Below are positions 9,160 to 17,023 of a stretch of DNA of 64,000 nt, in pieces. The DNA lies in assembly GCA_033763775.1 (NCBI GenBank), contig JANRJW010000014.1, forward strand, positions 89,037 through 153,036, given 5' to 3'. The notes beneath the pieces were generated by a model, which worked only from the letters and a program-made list of their open reading frames with translations, searched no databases and had not been told where the DNA came from. The position numbers and the translations under genes are program-made. The stretch comes from Alphaproteobacteria bacterium. Lineage in GTDB: Bacteria > Pseudomonadota > Alphaproteobacteria > Rickettsiales > SXRF01. The stretch's first letter is position 1, and the number at the start of each line of letters is the position of its first letter.

Positions 9160-10545
9160 ATGACTTTATTTTCAGACACCATATTCGCACTCGCCACACC
9201 GCTTGCCAAATCCGGCGTCGCCATCATCCGCATCAGCGGCAAGCTTGCTTTACCAACACTGATCCAGCTCACCGGTAAAACTAGTTGGCAACCAAATCTT
9301 GCTACTTACTGCACCTTTTTTTCCCCAATGCCCAATGCCCAATCCCCAATCCAAATCGACACTGGCCTCGCCCTTTACTTCGCCGCGCCCAAAAGCTTCA
9401 CCGGCGAGGATGTGGTGGAGCTGCATCTGCATGGCAGCCTCGCCGTCATCCGCGAGATGCAGACGGTGCTTTCTGAGATACCCGGTCTACGCCATGCCGA
9501 AGCCGGGGAATTCACTCGCCGCGCTTTTATGAATGGCAAAATGGATTTGCTGGAAGCAGAGGGGCTTGCGGATCTTATCGAAGCCGAAACGCTCCAGCAA
9601 AAACGACAGTCTCAAGCGCAAATGCAGGGCGAGATGAGCCGCTATTATGAGAGCCTTCGTACGCAGATGGTGCGCGCACTTGCCCATCTCGAGGCTTATA
9701 TCGATTTTCCTGAAGAAGAGATTCCGGAAAGCGTGATTATCAGCCTGAAAGATGATATTCATCAGATGGTTAATAATATCACTGCAGCACTGGATGACGG
9801 CAGAAGAGGCGAGCGGCTCAGGGAAGGGCTCACCATCGCCATCATCGGCGCGCCGAACGCTGGAAAATCAAGTATTCTCAACAGATTAGCTGGAAGGGAT
9901 GCCGCCATCGTCTCGCCGCTTGCTGGCACCACCAGAGATGTTATTGAAATTCATAAAGAAATAGCAGGTTTTCCCGTCACATTCCTCGACACCGCTGGGC
10001 TGAGAGATGCCGCAGATAGCATTGAAGAAGAGGGGGTTCGCCGCGCCCGCCAGCGCGCCGCCGGCGCGGATTTGAAGCTGATTGTCTTTGATGCCGGCCA
10101 GCCGATGGACAGCGAGAGCAGGGGGCAGATTGATGCCAATAGCCTGATTATACTAAATAAAATTGATTGCCATCCCGGAAAATTTTGCAGCAGCAAAATT
10201 TATCCGGGATCCAGCAAAGCCAAAAGTCAGGAGACTTTTGGCGTCGAAACCATCAACATCTCCGCCCTCACAGGCGAGGGTATGGATGTGCTTATGGCAT
10301 CTATCACTATGTTTATTCAGCAGAAATATCACACCAGCGAGTCTATATTGATCACGCGAGCGCGCCACCGCGAGCTGCTTGAGACCGCCAAAGCGCATCT
10401 GCTTCGCATCCAACTTGATGCGCCGCTGGAGTTAACCTGCGAAGAACTGAGGCGCGGCGCGGTCTGCCTTGGCAAAATCACTGGAAAAATCAGCGTGGAT
10501 GATGTATTGGACGTGGTCTTTTCCACATTCTGTATCGGTAAATGA
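9160..10545 (+). CDS. mnmE: tRNA modification GTPase MnmE (TrmE)
   Basis: DTIFALATP...[16 protein letters not shown]-domain GAPNAGKSS...DTAG...NKID, C-terminal FCIGK. Start placed at the ATG at 9160; the upstream ORF extension is non-homologous. Confidence 0.9.
   Translation: MTLFSDTIFALATPLAKSGVAIIRISGKLALPTLIQLTGKTSWQPNLATYCTFFSPMPNAQSPIQIDTGLALYFAAPKSFTGEDVVELHLHGSLAVIREMQTVLSEIPGLRHAEAGEFTRRAFMNGKMDLLEAEGLADLIEAETLQQKRQSQAQMQGEMSRYYESLRTQMVRALAHLEAYIDFPEEEIPESVIISLKDDIHQMVNNITAALDDGRRGERLREGLTIAIIGAPNAGKSSILNRLAGRDAAIVSPLAGTTRDVIEIHKEIAGFPVTFLDTAGLRDAADSIEEEGVRRARQRAAGADLKLIVFDAGQPMDSESRGQIDANSLIILNKIDCHPGKFCSSKIYPGSSKAKSQETFGVETINISALTGEGMDVLMASITMFIQQKYHTSESILITRARHRELLETAKAHLLRIQLDAPLELTCEELRRGAVCLGKITGKISVDDVLDVVFSTFCIGK
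9324..9357. repeat. Tandem heptamer array (cccaatg x2, cccaatc x2, plus a degenerate unit) inside mnmE
   Basis: Direct 7-nt periodicity, read as [10 protein letters not shown]. Confidence 0.8.
10169..10248. repeat. Family-A partial element in frame inside mnmE
   Basis: atcccgg-aaaattttgc-agca-gcaaaattt-atccgggat hairpin plus gccaaaagtc-agga-gacttttggc-gtcgaaa. About 85% identical by eye to the middle of the yejA copy. Encodes [27 protein letters not shown]. Confidence 0.8.
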
Positions 10546-12431
10546 GCTACGATTTTGACGTCATCATCATCGGCGGGGGCCACGCAGGAACAGAGGCGGC
10601 AAGCGCGGCAGCACGCCTTGGCGCGCGTACGGCGCTGATTACACAAAAGGCCACCACTATCGGTGAAATGTCATGCAACCCCGCTATTGGCGGCATCGGC
10701 AAAGGCACATTGGTGAGGGAAATTGACGCGCTGGATGGCGTCATGGGGCGCGCAATCGACCGCGCAGGCATCCATTACAAAATGCTCAATAGCAGCAAAG
10801 GCCCGGCTGTTCGCGGCCCACGCGCCCAGGCCGACCGCAAACTCTATCGCCAGGCCGTTCAAGAGATTCTCCGCGAATACGAACATCTCACCATCATCGA
10901 AGATTCCGTCGAAGACTTGCTTTTACATCCCCGCGCAAGCGGCGATCCTGTAGCTGCCATTAGCGGAATCCTCACTGCCTCTGGCCGTGAAATCCGCGCG
11001 CCGAAAATTGTCCTGACCACCGGCACTTTTCTTAATGGCCTGATCCATCTCGGCGAAAAGAAAATCCGCGCGGGCAGGGTGGGGGAGGCTCCCTCGATTG
11101 GCCTGTCAAACACACTCAAACGCATTGGTTTTAATACCGGCCGCTTAAAGACAGGAACGCCGGCACGCCTTGATGGCAAGACAATTAACTGGGGGATTCT
11201 AGAAGAACAAAAAGGCGATGAGCCGCCAACGCCATTTTCATATCTGACTGAGCGCGTTTCCGTGCCGCAGATATCCTGCTTCATCACTCACACAAGCCCC
11301 ACCACCCACGGAATCATCAGGGAGAATCTGCACCGCTCGCCAATGTATTCCGGCCAGATAGAATCTACTGGGCCGCGCTATTGCCCATCGATTGAAGACA
11401 AGGTGGTTCGCTTCGCTCACCGGCAGCGCCACCAGATTTTCCTTGAGCCGGAAGGGCTCGATGATGACACGGTTTACCCCAACGGCATTTCTACGTCGCT
11501 GCCGGAAGAAGTTCAGCACGCCCTCATAAAGACCATTCCGGGGCTTGAAAACGCGATTATACTTAGACCCGGTTATGCCATTGAATATGACTATGTCGAC
11601 CCACGCGAACTAAAGCCAACACTCGAAACCAAGAAGGTGAGTGGGCTTTATTTCGCTGGCCAGATCAATGGCACCACGGGCTATGAAGAAGCAGGAGGGC
11701 AGGGGGTAGTCGCCGGGCTGAACGCGGCCTTAGCGGCTGGTGGCTCTAAGCCGTTTATCCTTGATCGCTCGGACGCTTATATAGGAGTGATGATTGATGA
11801 CCTGATTACCCATGGCACCACTGAACCATACCGTATGTTTACATCGCGTTCAGAGTATCGCTTATCTCTGCGTGCCGATAATGCCGATCTTCGCCTGACC
11901 TCGCGCGCTATCGATATGGGGTGTGTCTCATCCCCTCGAGCCGCTATCTATAGAGAAAAGGAAGTTATCCACAATGTTTCACGTGAAACATTTTTGAACC
12001 TCTCCATGACGCCCAATGAAGCAATGGCTTACGGCATCAAATTAAATCAGGATGGCATTCGAAGAAATGCTCTTGAGCTACTTTCAAACCCCAACATCAC
12101 CTATGATGATCTGGTCAGACGGTGGCCACAGCTCGGAGAAATTAGGCCGGATATAAAAGAGCAAATCGAAATTGAGGCGATGTATAGCGGCTATCTTGAT
12201 CGTCAGATGGAAGATATTGAAAGCTTCAAAAAAGAAGAAAAAATGCTGATTCCTGAGAACTTTGATTTTGATCCACTACCTTCGATATCTAACGAGATCA
12301 AGGCCAAGCTCAAGGCTGCCCGCCCCGCGACCATTGGTTCTGCCAGCCGCATCCAAGGCATGACGCCGGCCGCGCTTGTAGCACTCATGGCGCATATCCG
12401 CAAATCGGAGCAGCTGAAAAAAAGTGCGTGA
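10542..12431 (+). CDS. mnmG: tRNA uridine 5-carboxymethylaminomethyl modification enzyme MnmG (GidA)
   Basis: 629 aa. [19 protein letters not shown] motif, [24 protein letters not shown] overlap with mnmE. Confidence 0.95.
   Translation: MSYDFDVIIIGGGHAGTEAASAAARLGARTALITQKATTIGEMSCNPAIGGIGKGTLVREIDALDGVMGRAIDRAGIHYKMLNSSKGPAVRGPRAQADRKLYRQAVQEILREYEHLTIIEDSVEDLLLHPRASGDPVAAISGILTASGREIRAPKIVLTTGTFLNGLIHLGEKKIRAGRVGEAPSIGLSNTLKRIGFNTGRLKTGTPARLDGKTINWGILEEQKGDEPPTPFSYLTERVSVPQISCFITHTSPTTHGIIRENLHRSPMYSGQIESTGPRYCPSIEDKVVRFAHRQRHQIFLEPEGLDDDTVYPNGISTSLPEEVQHALIKTIPGLENAIILRPGYAIEYDYVDPRELKPTLETKKVSGLYFAGQINGTTGYEEAGGQGVVAGLNAALAAGGSKPFILDRSDAYIGVMIDDLITHGTTEPYRMFTSRSEYRLSLRADNADLRLTSRAIDMGCVSSPRAAIYREKEVIHNVSRETFLNLSMTPNEAMAYGIKLNQDGIRRNALELLSNPNITYDDLVRRWPQLGEIRPDIKEQIEIEAMYSGYLDRQMEDIESFKKEEKMLIPENFDFDPLPSISNEIKAKLKAARPATIGSASRIQGMTPAALVALMAHIRKSEQLKKSA
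11975..11990. promoter_or_regulatory. parS: parS centromere-like ParB-binding site (perfect TGTTTCACGTGAAACA), inside mnmG
   Basis: Exact match to the canonical 16-bp parS palindrome; flanks extend it to aatgtttcacgtgaaacattt. Confidence 0.85.
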
Positions 12432-13092
12432 AGATTGGTTTCACCAACTAAACCAGATCGAAAATGTTTCACGTGAAACATTTTCACGCCTATGTATCTA
12501 TCATGATCTGCTGGTTAAATGGCAAAGCAAAATCAATCTGGTAAGTCAATCGACAATAGCCGGCGCCTTCCACCGACACATCATCGATTCCTACCAGCTC
12601 GTTCCCATCATCAAAAAGCTCAAAAATGTTTCACGTGAAACATTTTCACTCGCCGATATCGGAACCGGCGCCGGTTTTCCGGGTATGGTTCTGGCGATCG
12701 TAGGGGCAGGGGATGTCCATCTCATTGATACCGATATAAAGAAGATGACTTTCCTGAGAGAGGTAAGTCGCTTAACGAAAACGAATGTGAACTTTCACCA
12801 ACAAAGAATTGAGTCCTGCCAACTACCAGAAACTGATTGTTTCACTTCACGTGCCACTTCAAGTTTGAGTGATTTGATCGAATGGGCATCCAAAAATGTT
12901 TCACGTGAAACATTTTTTCTCTTCCATAAGGGCAAAAACTATTCTAGTGAGTTAGATGAACTGAAAAGCAAATGGTCATTCGACCATCAGCTTTTTCCAA
13001 GCGTGACAGACCCTAGCGGGGTCATCATTCATCTATCCCATGTTGCGAGGCTGCCCGATGAAAACTCCGAACCAGCTGGAAAAAAACAATAA
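12424..13092 (+). CDS. rsmG: 16S rRNA (guanine527-N7)-methyltransferase RsmG (GidB)
   Basis: VSRET...[31 protein letters not shown]-binding motif. Position between mnmG and parA. GTG start. Confidence 0.85.
   Translation: MREDWFHQLNQIENVSRETFSRLCIYHDLLVKWQSKINLVSQSTIAGAFHRHIIDSYQLVPIIKKLKNVSRETFSLADIGTGAGFPGMVLAIVGAGDVHLIDTDIKKMTFLREVSRLTKTNVNFHQQRIESCQLPETDCFTSRATSSLSDLIEWASKNVSRETFFLFHKGKNYSSELDELKSKWSFDHQLFPSVTDPSGVIIHLSHVARLPDENSEPAGKKQ
12465..12480. promoter_or_regulatory. parS: parS site (perfect TGTTTCACGTGAAACA), inside rsmG
   Basis: Exact consensus palindrome within aaaatgtttcacgtgaaacatttt. Encodes NVSRETF. Confidence 0.85.
12627..12642. promoter_or_regulatory. parS: parS site (perfect TGTTTCACGTGAAACA), inside rsmG
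   Basis: Exact consensus palindrome. Encodes a second NVSRETF just before the SAM motif [10 protein letters not shown]. Confidence 0.85.
12897..12912. promoter_or_regulatory. parS: parS site (perfect TGTTTCACGTGAAACA), inside rsmG
   Basis: Exact consensus palindrome. Encodes a third NVSRETF. Confidence 0.85.
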
Positions 13093-13882
13093 TACGAATA
13101 TTATTGCCGTCGTCAACCAGAAGGGCGGCGTTGGCAAAACCACCACCACCGTGAATCTCGCAACCGCACTGGCCGCCGTTGGCAAACAAGTGCTGGTGAT
13201 TGATTTTGACCCGCAGGGTAATGCCAGCACTGGCCTTGGTGTTGAACCGGGCGATCGCGCTGTGACCTCTTATGATATTATACTCAATGATACTGCACTG
13301 GAAGAGGCTATTCGAAAAACACCCGTGCCCAAGCTTGATGTGATTGCCGCAACCATTGACCTCACTGGCGCTGAGATTGAAATGGTGAGCCTGATTCAGC
13401 GCGAATATCGTCTGAAGAATGCTTTGAAGAGTAGTGCTGATCGCTATGACTATGTACTGATTGATTGCCCGCCATCGCTTGGCCTGCTGACCCTGAACGC
13501 GCTCACCGCTGCTCATAGCGTTCTCGTGCCGCTACAAACAGAATTTTATGCCCTTGAAGGCCTCAGCCACCTGATGCGCACCATTAAACTGGTACAAAGC
13601 GGGCTTAATCCAGAACTCTCGATTCAGGGTATTGTGCTCACCATGTATGACCGCCGTAATAAATTCACGGAGCAGATTGAGGCAGATGTACGAAGCTATT
13701 TCGGCGAACAGGTCTATCAGTCCGTTATCCCGCGCAATATCCGCATGTCGGAAGCACCAAGCCACGGCAAACCCGCGCTCATCTATGATATGCACTGTGC
13801 GGGCTCGAAGGCATATATTGCGCTCGCCAGCGAGATGTTGAAACGCGAGAAAGCCAAACAGCAAGAGGTGAGTGCGGCGTAA
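13058..13882 (+). CDS. parA: chromosome partitioning ATPase ParA
   Basis: IIAVVNQKGGVGKTTTTVNLA deviant Walker A; DCPPSLG. Start placed at the ATG at 13058. Confidence 0.9.
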   Translation: MKTPNQLEKNNNTNIIAVVNQKGGVGKTTTTVNLATALAAVGKQVLVIDFDPQGNASTGLGVEPGDRAVTSYDIILNDTALEEAIRKTPVPKLDVIAATIDLTGAEIEMVSLIQREYRLKNALKSSADRYDYVLIDCPPSLGLLTLNALTAAHSVLVPLQTEFYALEGLSHLMRTIKLVQSGLNPELSIQGIVLTMYDRRNKFTEQIEADVRSYFGEQVYQSVIPRNIRMSEAPSHGKPALIYDMHCAGSKAYIALASEMLKREKAKQQEVSAA

Positions 13883-13890
13883 TGATATTA

Positions 13891-13966
13891 GGCGCCAGAA
13901 GTCTACTGACTTTTGGCTTCACTGAGTCCCGGACAGTTTTTCGATAAAAAAACTTTCTGGGATAAC
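13891..13966. repeat. Family-A-related hairpin pair in the parA-parB gap
   Basis: gccagaagtc-tact-gacttttggc plus tcccgg..tttctgggataac. Related to 19681-19730 and 23070-23112. Confidence 0.7.
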
Positions 13967-13987
13967 AACCCAAAGGAGCATAAGCAA

Positions 13988-14944
13988 ATGGCACAAAAAG
14001 GACTCGGAAAAGGCTTATCAGCCCTCATTTCTGAAAACAGCGCTCTTGCGCCACAAAGCGCTCCCGCCGCAAGCCGTTCCGGAGGCGGAACGGTAAATGC
14101 GAGTGGCATCAGCCAGCTGCCGCTAACACAGCTTGCACCGGGCAAATATCAGCCGCGCACGCATTTTGATGAGGGCACGCTCACCGAGCTTGCCGAATCG
14201 ATTGAAAAAAATGGCGTGATGCAGCCGATCATCGTCCGTGCGATTAGCGGGCAAGCCAATCGCTTTGAGATCATCGCCGGGGAACGCCGCTGGAGAGCTG
14301 CAAAAATCGCAGGTTTGCAAACCATTCCTGCGATCGTGCGTGAGCTGACTGATAAGCAAGCGCTCGAGCTAGCGCTGGTTGAGAACGTTCAACGCCAGGA
14401 CCTCTCGCCACTTGAAGAGGCGAATGGCTATCAGCGGCTGATCGAGGAATTTGACTACACGCAGGATGAACTCGCCACCATCGTTGGCAAAAGCCGCAGC
14501 CATATTGGTAATTTGCTTCGCCTGCTATCGCTGCCGGAAGATGTGCGCCAGTTACTTGATAGTGGTGGCATTACGGTTGGTCACGCACGAGCACTGCTTT
14601 CCTGCCCCGATGCATCGCTGCTGGCGCAGGAAATTGTCAAGCGCGGGCTGAATGTGCGTCAGGCGGAAGAAATTGGCCGCATGATGCAGGGCAAAGACAA
14701 ACGCCACACGCCACGCGCCGCCAGCCAGCCAGCCGCACCACGCCCAGCCGGAAATACCGGCGCACCACGCGAGAAAGATGCCGATATTCTCGCACTGGAA
14801 GAATCGCTATCTGAAAATCTTGGGCTGCGCGTATCGATCAATGATCGCGGCCAGCAAGGCGAGATTATTGTGGCGTATGATAACCTCGCCCAGCTGGATG
14901 TCATCCTGCGCAAGCTCGGCAGCAATGCGGAAGAATTGGTTTAG
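13988..14944 (+). CDS. parB: chromosome partitioning protein ParB (parS-binding)
   Basis: MAQKGLGKGLSALI, IIAGERRWRAAK, HTH region. aaaggag RBS lies upstream of the ATG at 13988. Confidence 0.9.
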   Translation: MAQKGLGKGLSALISENSALAPQSAPAASRSGGGTVNASGISQLPLTQLAPGKYQPRTHFDEGTLTELAESIEKNGVMQPIIVRAISGQANRFEIIAGERRWRAAKIAGLQTIPAIVRELTDKQALELALVENVQRQDLSPLEEANGYQRLIEEFDYTQDELATIVGKSRSHIGNLLRLLSLPEDVRQLLDSGGITVGHARALLSCPDASLLAQEIVKRGLNVRQAEEIGRMMQGKDKRHTPRAASQPAAPRPAGNTGAPREKDADILALEESLSENLGLRVSINDRGQQGEIIVAYDNLAQLDVILRKLGSNAEELV

Positions 14945-14956
14945 CAGGAGCCTGAC

Positions 14957-15376
14957 TCAGGCTTTGCTGAGCATCAGCTGAAAAGCTTCGGTGCTGAGCG
15001 TCATCTGGCCAATATCGATCGGCTGCTTCTGCTTTTTCTCTAGGCCATTTCGCATCGCTTCTTCAATGCGGCGCTCGACCTCTTTCATGATTTTTTCTTC
15101 GATACTCATGCGCGCCTGCGGGCTCATTGCCGCGAGACTTTCCGGGGTGACGCCCATTTCCTGCATGACCCTTTCTGCGACTTTCTTTTTAAGCTCTTCC
15201 ATCTGCCATTCCCAATAACCGCTAATGCCGCGGCTGGTGATTTTTGTTAATATCGCCGCCGGATCATCCTTTTCATTCAGCTGCTTCATGAAGCTTGCTG
15301 CTTGATTGGCTTTTTCGTTTTTCTTTGCTGCATCTGAGCTGCTGCTTCGCAGTTGGCTGAGGCTGCTGATTTCCAT
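14957..15376 (-). CDS. hypothetical protein (Lys/Glu-rich, probably helical)
   Basis: 139-aa ORF with aaggag 8 nt upstream of the ATG at 15376. No family recognised. Confidence 0.5.
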   Translation of the reverse strand: MEISSLSQLRSSSSDAAKKNEKANQAASFMKQLNEKDDPAAILTKITSRGISGYWEWQMEELKKKVAERVMQEMGVTPESLAAMSPQARMSIEEKIMKEVERRIEEAMRNGLEKKQKQPIDIGQMTLSTEAFQLMLSKA

Positions 15377-15455
15377 GGCGACCACTCCTTTGAATGTTGA
15401 TTCTCACAGGCAACAACCATGCCAGAAAAAAATCACGGCAGGCAGGGCAGGGCGG

Positions 15456-16469
15456 CTAGCGCAGCTGTGTCAGCTGCATCAGTTTGCGGCTGGAGGCAGG
15501 AATCGGCGGTAAATCGCTGGTTTTGACTGCAAGTTCGGCCTCGACAAGCAGGGCGAGCGCTTTCGCAATAGTTGTGGTATTCCAGCTGTTTAAATGGCGC
15601 GTAATGACCGGCTTCTGACGGAAGAAAATCGGCGGACGTGCCGCTTCCACGACCATCTCCGGGGACTGCCCGACCTCGACCTGCATACGCAGGCTGTAAA
15701 GCCGGTTAAAATAGCGCTGCAGCGCGCGAAGATAGGCGATGGGCACCGCCCCCTCACGCAGCAGGTTAGAAAGCGCCTTATCCATCTGAGCGAGGTTTCG
15801 ATCAGCAACCGCACTCACCACCTCATCGAGCTCGGTATCACGGTTATAATCCGTGAGCATTCTGGCTTCTTCCAACGAAAGAGCCTTGCTTTCGCCCACA
15901 TAAGTAATGATTTTGGTCAGCTCCTGACGCGTCACATAACGATCATTACCCAGCTGCGAGGCAAGATGTTCTACCACGTCACTGGCGGCGCGAATACCGG
16001 CCTGGGACAGACTGCTGCGCACCAGCTCCGCGACATCACGCGCCTCGTCCTTGTAGCAGGGCAGGGCGGCGAGCCGCTGCTCTTTTTCAAACAGCGCGCG
16101 AAGGCTGGAGCGGGCATTTAAATCATCCGCCACCACAATCACAAACATATCACAGTGAAAATGATCAAGGGTGGATTCAATAATCTTGGTGAGCTTATCA
16201 CTGGCCGATCGCACCATCAGGCAGCGCCGGCCGCCCATCAGGCTAATCGCACCCAGCTCATCACTAAGGCGCGCCGGATCTTCAAGCAGACGCGGCTCTT
16301 CAAACTCGCTATAGGCAAACGGATCATCATTACCCGTCAGTGCCCACGCTTTGAGCTTTCCCGCACGTTCACGCGCAAGACCTGAATCCGGGCCATACAG
16401 AAGCACGCCCAGCACCGCGCTATCCGGCTTTGCGATAAAAGATTCTATCTGTTTGGCGGGGAGTTTCAT
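15456..16469 (-). CDS. holA: DNA polymerase III delta subunit HolA
   Basis: MKLPAKQIESFIAKPDSAVLGVLLYGPDSGL is a typical HolA N-terminus. Conserved leuS-lptE-holA order. Confidence 0.75.
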   Translation of the reverse strand: MKLPAKQIESFIAKPDSAVLGVLLYGPDSGLARERAGKLKAWALTGNDDPFAYSEFEEPRLLEDPARLSDELGAISLMGGRRCLMVRSASDKLTKIIESTLDHFHCDMFVIVVADDLNARSSLRALFEKEQRLAALPCYKDEARDVAELVRSSLSQAGIRAASDVVEHLASQLGNDRYVTRQELTKIITYVGESKALSLEEARMLTDYNRDTELDEVVSAVADRNLAQMDKALSNLLREGAVPIAYLRALQRYFNRLYSLRMQVEVGQSPEMVVEAARPPIFFRQKPVITRHLNSWNTTTIAKALALLVEAELAVKTSDLPPIPASSRKLMQLTQLR

Positions 16470-16473
16470 CGCG

Positions 16474-16956
16474 CTAGTGCGCCGAAAGCACGGATGATAA
16501 GCGCTGGTGATAAAGCTCGGCCAGCTCAGCAATGCCGCGCTTGATGGCATCCTGCTCCGAAACATAAGCCGAGTAATACTGGTTGGGCAGATTGTTATAG
16601 CTGCTGACATGGCGCAGGCTGCCGCCAGCTACCGACTGAGTTTCGCCAATGCGGTAAAGCTTGTAGTTGGAAACTAGGTTCACGTTATAGCGAGTCACCG
16701 TGCCATCACGCGAAACGCCAAGGCCGGCGGTCGTAATCGCAAGATCTGCAACCAAACGATAGGTCGGATTCACCGGCACCGCGCCACCCGGATTCAGCTT
16801 ATCTTCCAGCTGAATCTGCAGCTGCTGGCGCTGCGAGCGCTCCTGCGCGCTGGCCTCCACCACCACCCCCGCCACCGGCGAAGCCGCCGCTGGCACAGCG
16901 CTTTTAGCGCCATACATAGGCTGAAAACCGCAGGCGGATAGTAGGAAACACGTCAT
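16474..16956 (-). CDS. lptE: LPS-assembly lipoprotein LptE (RlpB)
   Basis: MTCFLLSAC lipobox, then GFQPMYG. Position between leuS and holA. The start codon lies inside a repeat; alternative ATG at 16974. Confidence 0.65.
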   Translation of the reverse strand: MTCFLLSACGFQPMYGAKSAVPAAASPVAGVVVEASAQERSQRQQLQIQLEDKLNPGGAVPVNPTYRLVADLAITTAGLGVSRDGTVTRYNVNLVSNYKLYRIGETQSVAGGSLRHVSSYNNLPNQYYSAYVSEQDAIKRGIAELAELYHQRLSSVLSAH

Positions 16957-17017
16957 GCCGGCGAAAGCCGGCATCCAGATTTGATAAGAACTGGATCCCC
17001 GGTTTCGCGGGGATGAC
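16952..17017. repeat. Family-A element (66 bp) at the leuS-lptE junction
   Basis: gtc-atgccggc-gaaa-gccggcat-ccag...ctgg-atccccg-gttt-cgcggggat-gac. Termini gtcat/atgac are inverted. Confidence 0.85.
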
Positions 17018-17023
17018 GATATT

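Noticed and set aside
12838-12855. tgtttcacttcacgtgcc, a possible fifth degenerate parS
   Set aside because: Only one half-site is intact and the palindrome is broken by an insertion and mismatches, so ParB binding is unlikely.
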